From the NCBI GenBank assembly GCA_963730445.1, contig CAVSRX010000006.1, positions 26,082-90,081 on the forward strand: 64,000 bases of DNA. The letters are read 5' to 3'. The translations under genes and the position numbers were made by a program. The notes beneath the pieces are model-generated. The model did no database searches, was not told the DNA's origin, and saw only the letters and a list, made by a program, of their open reading frames with translations. The DNA comes from Vicinamibacterales bacterium. Lineage in GTDB: Bacteria; Acidobacteriota; Vicinamibacteria; Vicinamibacterales; JAMQPK01. Positions 10,103 through 18,885 of the stretch are shown piece after piece; positions within the stretch are counted from its first letter, which is position 1, and every line of letters starts with the position of its first letter.

Positions 10103-10368
10103 TGGGACGCTACTGGGAGGCACTGAAAGCTGGCGTGAGAGCCTTCAACGAAGGCCCGGACCCGAGCGAGTATGCGATTGCAGGGAAGCCGGTCCGGTGT
10201 CCGCACTGTGGAGAGAGGAAGTTCGCAACGAGCCGCGCACTCCTCAACACCCGTGGTCGCACGGCGTTCGGCGTGGACTGGGCCGATCCCTCAGCCACCA
10301 TCCTCATCTGCGCCGAATGCGGCCGAATCGAATGGTATGCGACCGAGCCTGAGGCGCCCAATAGCTAG
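10099..10368 (+). CDS. small zinc-ribbon protein
   Basis: AAGGAG at 10091-10096 precedes ATG 10099/10102. MMGRYWEALKAG..VRCPHCGERKF..LICAECGRIEWY has two CxxC pairs. Confidence 0.55.
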   Translation: MMGRYWEALKAGVRAFNEGPDPSEYAIAGKPVRCPHCGERKFATSRALLNTRGRTAFGVDWADPSATILICAECGRIEWYATEPEAPNS

Positions 10369-12005
10369 GCGTCCTCGAGCACCATCAGGCTGCCCTTTTC
10401 CGCAATCATGTAGGCGGGCGCGTTCGTGTTGCCCGACGTGATCCGCGGCATGATCGATGCGTCGATCACTCTCAAGGATGCGACACCACGAACGCGCAGG
10501 CGGTCGTCGACCACCGCCATCTCGTCGTGTCCCATCCTGCACGTGCCAACCGGGTGAAAAATCGTCGTGCCTAGTTCGCCTGCCGCTCTCGTCAGTTCCT
10601 CGTCTGTGTGTGCGGCCGCGCCGGGCCGGAACTCTTCCGGCTCGAATCGCGCAAGCGCCTTCGCCGCCATGATGCGCCGCGTATAGCGCATGGCGTTGAC
10701 AGCGATGCGCCGATCCTCGGGCTCGCTCAGATAGTTGAGCTTGATCTCCGGATAGGTGGCGGGGTCGGGCGATGCGATGCGAACCCATCCGCGCGACAAG
10801 GGCCGCAGATTGCACACGCTCGGCGTGATCGCGGGAAACGTGTGGAGCGGGTCGCCGAACTTGTCGAGCGAGAGCGGCTGCACGTGCCATTCGATGTTCG
10901 CGGTCGGCTGGCTCGGGTCGCTTCTGCCGAACGCACCGAGCTGAGAGGGCGGCATCGTGAGCGGCCCGGTCTTGAACAGCGCGTACTCCAGCGCCATCGC
11001 CGCTTTTCCGATCAGACTGTTTGCGCGCTCGTTCAACGTCGAGGTGTTCTTCACCTTGTACTGCATGCGAATCTGAAGATGATCGTGCAGGTTCGCGCCG
11101 ACGCCGGCGAGATCGTGGACGGGCGTGATGCCCCGCGCCGCAACGAGCGCGGCCGGGCCCACGCCCGAAAGCTGCAGTAGCTGGGGCGATCCGATGCTGC
11201 CGGCCGCCAGAATGGTTTCCGCGTCTGCCTGCGCGAAGCACTGGCCGTCGCGCGCGTGAGCGAACTCGATGCCCTCGGCACGCAGGACGCCCTTCCGGCT
11301 GCCCATGCGGATACGCTCGACCAGCGCGTGCGTGATGACCGTGAGATTCGGGCGCGACAGCGCGGGCCTGAGAAACGCTTTCGTCGCATGCCAGCGCACA
11401 CCGCGCTTCTGGTTCATCTGGAAGAACGCGCTGCCGAAATTGTCGCCGCGATTGAACTCCCGGATTTTCGGAATGCCGCATTCCTCGGCGGCGTCGCGCC
11501 AGGCCTCTAAGATCTCCCAGCGTAGACGAGAGTCTTCGACGCGCAGCTCGCCGCCCGCACCGTGCATGTCGTCGGCGCCGTGCTGATAGTCCTCGACCTT
11601 CTTGAACAGCGGCAGCACGTCATCCCACGACCATCCCGCGTTGCCGAGCGAGGCCCAGTAGTCGTAGTCCTCTTTCTGGCCGCGCATGTAGATCATCGCG
11701 TTGATCGTGGAGCACCCGCCGAGCACCCGGCCGCGCGCGTAGTGGATCGATCGGCCCGCCAGGTGCTCGTCGGGCTGGGTCTTGTAGCACCAGTCGGTGC
11801 GTGGATTGGCGATCGTGTAGAGATAGCCGACGGGGATGTCGATCCAGAACCAGTCGTCCTGTCCTCCGGCCTCGACGAGCAGCACCCGCGTGGCAGGATT
11901 GGCCGACAGCCGGTTCGCCAGAACGCACCCGGCGCTGCCGGCGCCGACGATGACGTAGTCCCACACTCCGATGGTTCGCCTCGACACGGGCGTATTATGA
12001 ATCAT
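10365..12005 (-). CDS. GMC family oxidoreductase (choline dehydrogenase-like)
   Basis: Intact 546-aa ORF. WDYVIVGAGSAGCVLANRLSANPATRVLLVEAGG, GRVLGGCSTINAMIYMRG, ..TTIFHPVGTCRMG..LRVIDASIMPRITSGNTNAP. Confidence 0.92.
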   Translation of the reverse strand: MIHNTPVSRRTIGVWDYVIVGAGSAGCVLANRLSANPATRVLLVEAGGQDDWFWIDIPVGYLYTIANPRTDWCYKTQPDEHLAGRSIHYARGRVLGGCSTINAMIYMRGQKEDYDYWASLGNAGWSWDDVLPLFKKVEDYQHGADDMHGAGGELRVEDSRLRWEILEAWRDAAEECGIPKIREFNRGDNFGSAFFQMNQKRGVRWHATKAFLRPALSRPNLTVITHALVERIRMGSRKGVLRAEGIEFAHARDGQCFAQADAETILAAGSIGSPQLLQLSGVGPAALVAARGITPVHDLAGVGANLHDHLQIRMQYKVKNTSTLNERANSLIGKAAMALEYALFKTGPLTMPPSQLGAFGRSDPSQPTANIEWHVQPLSLDKFGDPLHTFPAITPSVCNLRPLSRGWVRIASPDPATYPEIKLNYLSEPEDRRIAVNAMRYTRRIMAAKALARFEPEEFRPGAAAHTDEELTRAAGELGTTIFHPVGTCRMGHDEMAVVDDRLRVRGVASLRVIDASIMPRITSGNTNAPAYMIAEKGSLMVLEDA

Positions 12006-12388
12006 GATGTCGCATAAGCCCGACGGCTACACTACTGTCTCTCCCTACCTGATTGTTGATGGCGCGAGCCGCACGATCGAGTTTCTTCGACACGTCTTTG
12101 GAGCCGCTGGAGCTTCGACGGTTTCCCGATCCGGCGGGGAAGGTCATGCACGCGGAGGTTCGCATCGATGACACGGTCGTGATGCTCGGGGATGGCGCCG
12201 ACGGGTGGCCGCCGGTCCCGTCTCATGTTCATGTGTACGTCCCCGACGTCGACGCGACATACAAGCGCGCGCTCGAAGCGGGGGCAACATCAGTGCAAGC
12301 GCCGGTCAAAAAACAGGATGCCGACAAACGCGGAGGTGTGAAGGACGCAGGCGGCACGACGTGGTGGATCGCGACGAAGGTGGACTAG
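12004..12388 (+). CDS. VOC family protein; one frameshift near 12100
   Basis: Own translation from ATG 12004: MMSHKPDGYTTVSPYLIVDGASRTIEFLRHVFGA. It joins ORF 12053..12388 one frame over (ELRRFPDPAGKVMHAEVRIDDTVVMLGDG..VYVPDVDATYKRALEAGA..GGVKDAGGTTWWIA). Confidence 0.65.
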
Positions 12389-12400
12389 CGACGGCGTGAG

Positions 12401-12844
12401 ATGTTCAAAGTCCTTCAGATCGATCACGTTGAGCTCTTCGTGCCCGACAGGTACGAGGCGGCGCGCTGGTATGAACGCGTGCTGGGATTACGGATCGTGC
12501 CCGAGTGCGAGGTGTGGGCGGCCGGGGGCGGGCCGCTGATGATCTCGAGCGATGAGGGCAGCACGAAGCTCGCCCTGTTTGAAGGGACGCCCGACGCCAG
12601 CACGCAGGCGGCGGCGTTTCGACGCGTCGCGTTCCGCGTGACGGCTGACGGCTTTGCGGAATTTCTGCGGCTCCTGCCCGAGCTTACGTTGCTCGATTCA
12701 CGGAACCGCCCGGTCGTGAGAGACTCGGTCGTCGACCACCAGCAGGCGTACTCGATCTATTTCAACGATCCATGGACGCATCAACTCGAAGTGACGACCT
12801 ACGAGTACGACGCCGTGTCCGCGCGGCTGCGAGCCTGGAAATAA
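12401..12844 (+). CDS. VOC family protein (glyoxalase/extradiol dioxygenase fold)
   Basis: 147-aa ORF. IDHVELFVPDRYEAARWYERVLGL..VAFRV..YFNDPWTHQLEV. Confidence 0.8.
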   Translation: MFKVLQIDHVELFVPDRYEAARWYERVLGLRIVPECEVWAAGGGPLMISSDEGSTKLALFEGTPDASTQAAAFRRVAFRVTADGFAEFLRLLPELTLLDSRNRPVVRDSVVDHQQAYSIYFNDPWTHQLEVTTYEYDAVSARLRAWK

Positions 12845-12856
12845 GCCGTCCGGCTT

Positions 12857-13078
12857 TCAACGCTTCTTGCCGCCTTTCCGCATCGGCTGATGATTTTCGG
12901 GACGGCCGTAACCGCCGCCACCCGGCTTTTCGCCACCGTGGTGAACCGCGTTCACGGTCGCCCACGCGCGCCGTTCGGCCTCGTCTTCGGATACGCCGCT
13001 TTTCTTGTATCCCTCTTCGATGTGTTCTGCCTGACGCTTCTGCTTCTCGGTGTATTTATCCTTGTCGCCTCTTGGCAT
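12857..13078 (-). CDS. small conserved basic protein (family often annotated 'plasmid stabilization protein')
   Basis: C-terminal 73 aa of ORF 12857..13612(-), starting at ATG 13078 with GGGAGG 7 nt upstream. MPRGDKDKYTEKQKRQAEHIEEGYKKSGVSEDEAERRAWATVNAVHHGGEKPGGGG. A GGCATATGCC palindrome lies at 13108-13117 in its upstream region. Confidence 0.7.
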   Translation of the reverse strand: MPRGDKDKYTEKQKRQAEHIEEGYKKSGVSEDEAERRAWATVNAVHHGGEKPGGGGYGRPENHQPMRKGGKKR

Positions 13079-13139
13079 GTTTGAGCCTCCCGAGTAAAAA
13101 GACGCAAGGCATATGCCCGCGGAGCAAGAAAAATAACGT

Positions 13140-13545
13140 TCAGGTGCTATACAACGTGACGAGCAGGCGACGACGAACGACAGCGCCATCAGCATGATGA
13201 GCGAGGGCGCATTCCTCGCTATCGCGTGATCGAACACCGGCGCATAGAGTTCGCGCGTTGTCTGCATCGACTCCAACCGATGCGATATCAATACTTGTGC
13301 GAACCCACTCCATGGTTGAGAGTGCAGGTGTGAGTCGAGTGGTGTCGTGAAGACCGTTCCGCCCGTCAGGGCTTCTGTCGCGAAAAACAGCGCGTTGGCA
13401 ATCAGGAACAAGGGAATCGGTCCGACGTACGGCTTCCGTTGTCCCTGCAGGTACACCACCGTCAGAAAGCCTGGCCGGCACACCAGATGCCGAAAGCTTC
13501 GAATGAGGCGGCCGTCGATGCTGGTGAACGCCGCATGGTGAAAGG
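13140..13545 (-). pseudogene. DUF3667-like membrane protein remnant (no N-terminal zinc ribbon, truncated C-terminus)
   Basis: Upstream part of ORF 12857..13612(-). HHAAFTSIDGRLIRSFRHLVCRPGFLTVVYLQGQRKPYVGPIPLFLIANALFFA resembles the DUF3667 core. The frame simply reads through AT-richer promoter-like DNA into the next gene. Confidence 0.4.
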
Positions 13546-13553
13546 AATATGAT

Positions 13554-14035
13554 TTGGCCGAGCCTATGCGATCTCCTCGAGGCTTCGCCGCGTCTGTCGT
13601 GTTCCTGCTCATGCTGCCTGTGGCATTCGTCTATCTCGCTGTTGTCGGTGCCGGAATCGACATCGCGATGCATGCAGCGCTCGCGCTTGGCTCGGCTCTC
13701 ATGGCATTTGCTGTTGTCGATTTCAAAACCGCGAGGTGGATCGCCTGGATTGGGGCCGCGTCAACTGGTGTGCTGGCTGCCATTTTCGCCCTCCAGGGCG
13801 TGAGCGACGTGGTACAGACCGCACCGTGCTGCTCGTCGACAGCCATGGCAAGACGAGAGTGCTTGGAATTATTGTGATGGCGATAGCCGTGTGCGTGGAG
13901 GCCTATGCGAACGGCCTCTCGTTTTTTGGCACGTCATTGAACGCGGAGGCGCCCGCGCTGAAGGTGCTTGTGCTGTTGCCGTTTGCATGGCTCCTTCTTG
14001 AAAGCAGGAAAACATCCGGTCTGGCAAGGGCATGA
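13554..14035 (+). CDS. hypothetical membrane protein; one frameshift near 13820
   Basis: ORF 13554..13877 (VVFLLMLPVAFVYLAVVGAGIDIAMHAALALGSALMAFAVV..) continues in the frame of ORF 13736..14035 (..RVLGIIVMAIAVCVEAYANGLSFFG..LKVLVLLPFAWLLLESRK). Confidence 0.4.
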
Positions 14036-14057
14036 ATCAGATGAAGGGAGCGTTGTG

Positions 14058-14963
14058 ATGAAGGCTGAGCATGTTTTCACGTTTTTGCTGTTCGCACTCG
14101 CCTGCGCCGCGCTGCCTGCGTTCGCGCAGGCGCCCTCTTTGCCGCAGCCCGACAGCGTGTTCCTCGAAGAGCTCACATGGATGGAGGTGCGCGACGCGAT
14201 TGCCGGCGGCAAAACCACGATCATCATTCCCACGGGCGGCACCGAGCAGAACGGTCCGCACCTCGTGCTCGGGAAACACAATTTTCTGGTCAAGTACAAA
14301 GCCGGCGAAATCGCGGCGCGCCTCGGGAACGCGCTCGTCGCGCCGGTCGTCGCATACGTGCCCGAAGGAGACGTCAATCCGCCAACCGGCCACATGCGCT
14401 ACGCCGGCACCATCACGACACCGCAGGACGTGTTCGTCAAAGTGCTCGAATATGCGGCGCGCAGCTTCAAGCAGCACGGGTTCCTCGACGTCGTCCTCAT
14501 CGGCGACAGCGGCGGCAACCAGGAAGGGCAGCGCCTCGTCGCGGAGGCGCTGAACAAGGAATGGGCGCCGACGCCTGCGCGCGTGCATCACATCACGGCG
14601 TATTACCCGGGACGCGGCGACGACTGGGTCGTCAGCCAGGGCGTGAGTGCGGAAGACGTCGGCTCGCACGCCGGCACGCACGATACGTCGAGCCTGATGT
14701 ACATCAACCCATCGATGCTGCGGTTCGACAAGTTAGTCGTCGGAAAGTCGGGCGACGGCCAGGGGCACACCGGCAACCCTGCGAAAGCGACGGCGCTCTT
14801 CGGCAGGCGTATTCTCGAGATGCAGATCGAGGACGCGACGGCGCAGATTCGAGAGCTGAGAAAAACTACTCGACGCCGAAGTGCCCCCGAAATAAGACCG
14901 TCAGTGCTACGATTATCGCCTTCATGTTTCGACAGGCGGATGCCGTTTGCGCGGTGTTTCTAG
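14058..14963 (+). CDS. creatininase family amidohydrolase, exported
   Basis: ATG 14058 after GAAGGGAG. Signal peptide MKAEHVFTFLLFALACAALPAFAQA. IIIPTGGTEQNGPHLVLGKHN, VLIGDSGGNQ, GSHAGTHDTSSLMY. The 3' end is uncertain because it overlaps the next gene by 40 nt. Confidence 0.85.
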   Translation: MKAEHVFTFLLFALACAALPAFAQAPSLPQPDSVFLEELTWMEVRDAIAGGKTTIIIPTGGTEQNGPHLVLGKHNFLVKYKAGEIAARLGNALVAPVVAYVPEGDVNPPTGHMRYAGTITTPQDVFVKVLEYAARSFKQHGFLDVVLIGDSGGNQEGQRLVAEALNKEWAPTPARVHHITAYYPGRGDDWVVSQGVSAEDVGSHAGTHDTSSLMYINPSMLRFDKLVVGKSGDGQGHTGNPAKATALFGRRILEMQIEDATAQIRELRKTTRRRSAPEIRPSVLRLSPSCFDRRMPFARCF

Positions 14964-15901
14964 GGGTCGCATGTGTCGTGGTGACTGCCGCCTCCGGCTG
15001 CGCGCGAAACCCGCGCGCCGCCGTGGCTCCGGCCTCGCCGGCCGCTTCTGCGCCTGCGCACTTCGTCGCGTCCGAGGTGATTGCCGAGGTCAAGGACTTC
15101 GCGGTCGAGCTCGGCGGACATGCGACAGAGAACTTCCTGCAGCTATCGGATAACCACACCTCAGACAACCGCTGTTACTTCACCGGCAAGCTGCAGCTGC
15201 CCGAGTTTTACAGCGCGCTCCACATGGTTCGAGAAGACGGAGAGCGTTGCGCCGCGCGCAGCAGCGAGCACGACGTGTTTTTCTATCCGGTGCAGGCGGT
15301 CGCCAGCGGCGAAGAGACGATCACGGTCTCGCTCGCCGAGGCGCCGACCGAGCGCCTGCTCGTCGTCGTGCCGCACGAAGATTTTCACAATCAGCGCGAA
15401 GCGCGGAAGGCGCCGACGGAAGTCGCCGAGGCGGCCGCGACGCTGGTGGGATTTCTGACGGCCAGCGAGTTTGCGAAGGATCGATTCGGCCCTGAATCGA
15501 CCACGGCGCGCATGCTGGCGCGAGACGCCGATCTGTTCCTGCGGAAGTCGTTCATCGTCAATCAGTATTACGAGAAGGTGCACGGGCTGTACCGCAATCT
15601 CGAGTCTGGCGCCCTGACGCCTGCGCAGACGCTCGAGCGGAAGGCCGAGTTGTTTGCCGAGCTGCAGCGGTCGTGCGCGCAAATCGCGCCGGACCCGGTC
15701 TCGTTCAACAAGTGTCCCAGCGTGTTGAACAACGCCGGCCTCTCGTTCGATCGCACCTATACGCGCCACTACCCGATGCTTCACGATCTCTACACGCTGC
15801 TCGGCCACGACACGTCGATGCTGGTGTCCACGCTGAAGCGCCTGATGGCGAACTGGCCCAGCTCTGCCGCGAACGCGTCCGATCTCATCAACGCGCATTA
15901 G
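14924..15901 (+). CDS. putative aminopeptidase-like lipoprotein (DUF2265-like)
   Basis: Within ORF 14177..15901 from ATG 14924. Lipobox MFRQADAVCAVFLGVACVVVTAASGC. HEDFHNQ metallopeptidase-like motif. Family assignment is tentative. Confidence 0.55.
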   Translation: MFRQADAVCAVFLGVACVVVTAASGCARNPRAAVAPASPAASAPAHFVASEVIAEVKDFAVELGGHATENFLQLSDNHTSDNRCYFTGKLQLPEFYSALHMVREDGERCAARSSEHDVFFYPVQAVASGEETITVSLAEAPTERLLVVVPHEDFHNQREARKAPTEVAEAAATLVGFLTASEFAKDRFGPESTTARMLARDADLFLRKSFIVNQYYEKVHGLYRNLESGALTPAQTLERKAELFAELQRSCAQIAPDPVSFNKCPSVLNNAGLSFDRTYTRHYPMLHDLYTLLGHDTSMLVSTLKRLMANWPSSAANASDLINAH

Positions 15902-15935
15902 GCATGCACGCCGCGCCGATGGGAGACTGGCGCAG

Positions 15936-17948
15936 ATGACTGACCCACGGGCCGTGCTGATCGTCGTCATGCTGCTGCTCCTGCCCTTCGGCCTGTACCA
16001 CAGGATCAAATCGCAGTCGACAGGGGAGAGTCTCGATCGCCGGCAGGAGGGGCGCTTCATCCTGGCGACGCTGCGCCCTCTGGGCCTGGTGTTCTGGCTC
16101 AGCGTGTGGGCCTGGATGATCAACCCGGCGTGGATGGCCTGGTCTTCGGTGCCGCTTCCGAACTGGTCGCGGTGGATTGGCGTCGGTCTTCTCCTGACCG
16201 GCGCTGCGCTGATCGTGTGGACCTTCCGATCTCTCGGGTCGAACCTGACGGATACCGTCGTCACTCGGAAGAAACATACGCTGGTGGTGCACGGCCCCTA
16301 TCGGTGGATTCGGCATCCGTTGTATTCCGCTGCGGGGCTGGTGATTCCCGCGGTGTCGCTCATTGCGGCGAACTGGTTCTTCTTCGCGCTCGGCATCACG
16401 CTGCTCTGCATACTGATCGTGAGAACGCGCACGGAAGAAGCGAACCTGGTGGCGCGGTTTGGCGACAGTTATCAAAAGTACATGGACCGAACCGGACGCT
16501 TCGTGCCCAGGATTCTTATCTTTCTGGTTTGTGCAGCGGCCCTCGCCTCGGTTGGCCCCATGGCGCACGCACAGCGGGCCGACGCTGTGCCAGTATTCGA
16601 AGTCGACGCGGCGTGGCCGAAGCCGCTTCCGAATAACTGGGCGGTCGGACCAGTCAGCGGCATTGCGGCCGACGCACGCGATCACATCTGGATCATTCAC
16701 CGTGTCGAAGGCGTGAAAGAGGCGGGCCGTGTGCCGGCGCCGCCGGTCATCGAGTTCGACCCGGCAGGCAACGTCGTTCAGACCTGGGGCGGACCGGGGC
16801 CCGGCTACGACTGGCCGCAGCAAGTGCATGGCATCACGGTCGACGATGCGAATGGGCGTGTGTGGATTACCGGGAACGGCGAAAAGGACACGCACATCCT
16901 GGCGTTTACGCGGGCAGGGAAGTTTCTGCGGCAGATCGGCCGCGCGGGCATGAGCGCCGGCAGCAACAACACGGCCAACGTTGCGCGGGCAACGCAGGTG
17001 CGCGTCGACGTGCGCGCCAAGGAAATCTTCGTGTCCGACGGCGAGCAGAACCAGAACCATCGAGTGATCGTCTTCGACTCGGAAACCGGCGCGTACAAGC
17101 GGCACTGGGGCGCCTTCGGCGAAAAGCCTGATGATGCCGCCATCGGCACCGATTCCGCACACATGCAGTTCGGCAACGCCGTGCACTGCGTCCACATCGA
17201 TCGCGACGATCGCGTGTACGTCTGCGACCGCAGCCACAGCCGTATACAGATCTTTCGCAAAGACGGTACGTATGAGGACAGTATTCTTGTACCGCGCGTG
17301 CCTGGAGGTGTCGGCACGGTGTACGACCTTGGTTTCTCCCCAGACCAGAAATTCGTCTATGTCGCCGACGGCGCGAATCAGAGAGTGTGGATTCTCCGCC
17401 GCGACGAGATGCGTGTCGTCGACTGGTTTGGCGAACGCGGTACCGGCGCAGGGCAGTTCGCCACCTCCCTCCACGATCTCGCAGTCGACTCGAAAGGCAA
17501 CATCTACACGGGCGAGGCTGCGGCTGCCGGCCGCGTGCAGAAATTTGCGCGGCGCGTCGTTCCGGCTGCGGTGTCCGTGCAGACATTGAGCGCGGGCGCC
17601 CGAGATGCCATCACCGATCTGGTTCTGAACGGTGGTCACGACCACATCAATCCGGCGACGTATCCGGCAGCCTTGAGGACGGAGATCAGGCAGTATCTCA
17701 ACCGATCAAAATCCTACCGATCGACCCGCAGGTTACCGAAAGACGCCGACGGCGTTGCTGAGATGGGCCACAGTCGTAACCTCAATCAGGAGCGCCGCCT
17801 TGCCGCGAGCACCGCCGACCCGCGCGCGGCCCGTGTTGCCGTGGCATATGTCGATGCACTTCAGCCGTGCTACGAATGGGAAGGGATGCCGCGATTGTCC
17901 CGAAGAAGAAGCGATCTTCGCCGACAGTTACCAGCTGGAGCATCCTGA
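15936..17948 (+). CDS. single ORF joining an ICMT-family methyltransferase (to about 16502) and an NHL-repeat beta-propeller protein (from GTG 16503), plus a tail of unclear origin
   Basis: N-terminal part: HGPYRWIRHPLYSAAG..RTRTEEANLVARFGDSYQKYMDRTGRFVPR, a complete ICMT-like end. It is directly followed in frame by a new signal peptide (V/M)PRILIFLVCAAALASVGPMAHAQ. NHL/PAL-like repeats follow (GIAADARDHIWIIHR, GITVDDANGRVWITG, VHIDRDDRVYVCDR, LAVDSKGNIYTGE). The text after about 17560 is unrecognised. Confidence 0.7.
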   Translation: MTDPRAVLIVVMLLLLPFGLYHRIKSQSTGESLDRRQEGRFILATLRPLGLVFWLSVWAWMINPAWMAWSSVPLPNWSRWIGVGLLLTGAALIVWTFRSLGSNLTDTVVTRKKHTLVVHGPYRWIRHPLYSAAGLVIPAVSLIAANWFFFALGITLLCILIVRTRTEEANLVARFGDSYQKYMDRTGRFVPRILIFLVCAAALASVGPMAHAQRADAVPVFEVDAAWPKPLPNNWAVGPVSGIAADARDHIWIIHRVEGVKEAGRVPAPPVIEFDPAGNVVQTWGGPGPGYDWPQQVHGITVDDANGRVWITGNGEKDTHILAFTRAGKFLRQIGRAGMSAGSNNTANVARATQVRVDVRAKEIFVSDGEQNQNHRVIVFDSETGAYKRHWGAFGEKPDDAAIGTDSAHMQFGNAVHCVHIDRDDRVYVCDRSHSRIQIFRKDGTYEDSILVPRVPGGVGTVYDLGFSPDQKFVYVADGANQRVWILRRDEMRVVDWFGERGTGAGQFATSLHDLAVDSKGNIYTGEAAAAGRVQKFARRVVPAAVSVQTLSAGARDAITDLVLNGGHDHINPATYPAALRTEIRQYLNRSKSYRSTRRLPKDADGVAEMGHSRNLNQERRLAASTADPRAARVAVAYVDALQPCYEWEGMPRLSRRRSDLRRQLPAGAS

Positions 17949-18153
17949 CGGACCATTCCGCGAAGTCCTGCCGCTGTTTGCAGCGCACCTGTGGTTGTGC
18001 ACGGCGGAATTTTCCAGGCCAGATTCCGATCGGGCTGCTCGTGCGCGGAAGGGATACGAGAGCGATATTGCGATTGCCACGAAATCGTCGTCGCTGCTGA
18101 TCCGCACCGCGGCCGAAGGGCTGAAAGCACGGGGCCGCTGCTCTTCGTTCTGA
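17755..18153 (+). CDS. hypothetical protein fragment, probably the continuation of the 15936..17948 tail after a frameshift near 17885
   Basis: ..ALQPCYEWEGMP (frame of 15936) continues plausibly as DCPEEEAIFADSYQLEHPDGPFREVLPLFAAHLWLCTAEF (frame of ORF 17755..18153). No family recognised. Confidence 0.3.
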   Translation: MLRWATVVTSIRSAALPRAPPTRARPVLPWHMSMHFSRATNGKGCRDCPEEEAIFADSYQLEHPDGPFREVLPLFAAHLWLCTAEFSRPDSDRAARARKGYESDIAIATKSSSLLIRTAAEGLKARGRCSSF

Positions 18154-18170
18154 CGATGCTCGTAAAACGA

Positions 18171-18197
18171 CGGTGGATGCGACATCCGCATCCACCG
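18171..18197. terminator. 11-bp perfect hairpin between convergent genes (no U-tract)
   Basis: CGGTGGATGCG-ACATC-CGCATCCACCG at 18171..18197, between the + strand ORF ending at 18153 and the - strand gene ending at 18215. Confidence 0.35.
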
Positions 18198-18214
18198 CCA
18201 CATCGCCTCTACTG

Positions 18215-18721
18215 TTACTGTCCGAGAACTCCGAGGATCTGATTCAGCAGCTTCGCCAGTCCGCCCGGATTGTCGAGCAGGCCGGCCACTGCGCAGAGTA
18301 GATTCCCCAGCAGATTTCCCGCGCCTGCCTGCGCTGTGATATCGAGCACGATTCGACTCAGGTCGACCTGCAACCCGAGCAGGTCGAGCGACAGCGGCCC
18401 GAGATCGAGGTGCAGAATCTCACACGTCGTGTTGCCGATGACGACCGGCAACGCGACAGTTCTGAGAATTGACCCGACCACGCCCGCCGCATTGGTGACG
18501 ACGCCACTGAGCGTCCCTAATGCGACGACCTGTCCGTCACGAACGGCAAACGACGTGAGCGTGAACGCGCCGGAAAACGCGCCGCCGGGCGCCGTCCCCG
18601 TGACGGGAATCGACAGCTGTGGAGTCGCCTGGCCCTGTGCCTGTGCCGCCGCCGGGATGAGCAGTGCCAACGCTACAACTGCCGCCGCCGCCGCCGATTT
18701 AGTACGCCGTAGTAATTTCAT
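18215..18721 (-). CDS. secreted hypothetical protein with Leu/Gly-rich C-terminal repeats
   Basis: 168-aa ORF with signal peptide MKLLRRTKSAAAAAVVALALLIPAAAQAQ. LHLDLGPLSLDLLGLQVDLSRIVLDITAQAGAGNLLGNLLCAVAGLL. A recurring hypothetical family, function unknown. Confidence 0.65.
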   Translation of the reverse strand: MKLLRRTKSAAAAAVVALALLIPAAAQAQGQATPQLSIPVTGTAPGGAFSGAFTLTSFAVRDGQVVALGTLSGVVTNAAGVVGSILRTVALPVVIGNTTCEILHLDLGPLSLDLLGLQVDLSRIVLDITAQAGAGNLLGNLLCAVAGLLDNPGGLAKLLNQILGVLGQ

Positions 18722-18885
18722 CCTTCTTTCCTCCCTGATAGCACGCGGAATGCGTCATGACTAATAAATATCCAATCGACATGCCAAGAATGCGTGCACG
18801 TGCAACCATGCGGTCGTCCCTTGTTCCGGGGGAGAACGCTGTTGCTCTTCTGATCGCCGAGCCGTTCATGTAATCTCTGCAGCTT

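Noticed and set aside
15888-17645. 585-aa minus-strand ORF opposite the ICMT/NHL gene. Similar long antisense ORFs occur at 37502-39292, 40155-42044, 56133-57995, 2103-3185 and 10291-11481.
   Set aside because: All are antisense or off-frame to genes with clear homology-type text and have implausible low-complexity composition. Long stop-free off-frames are expected at this G+C.
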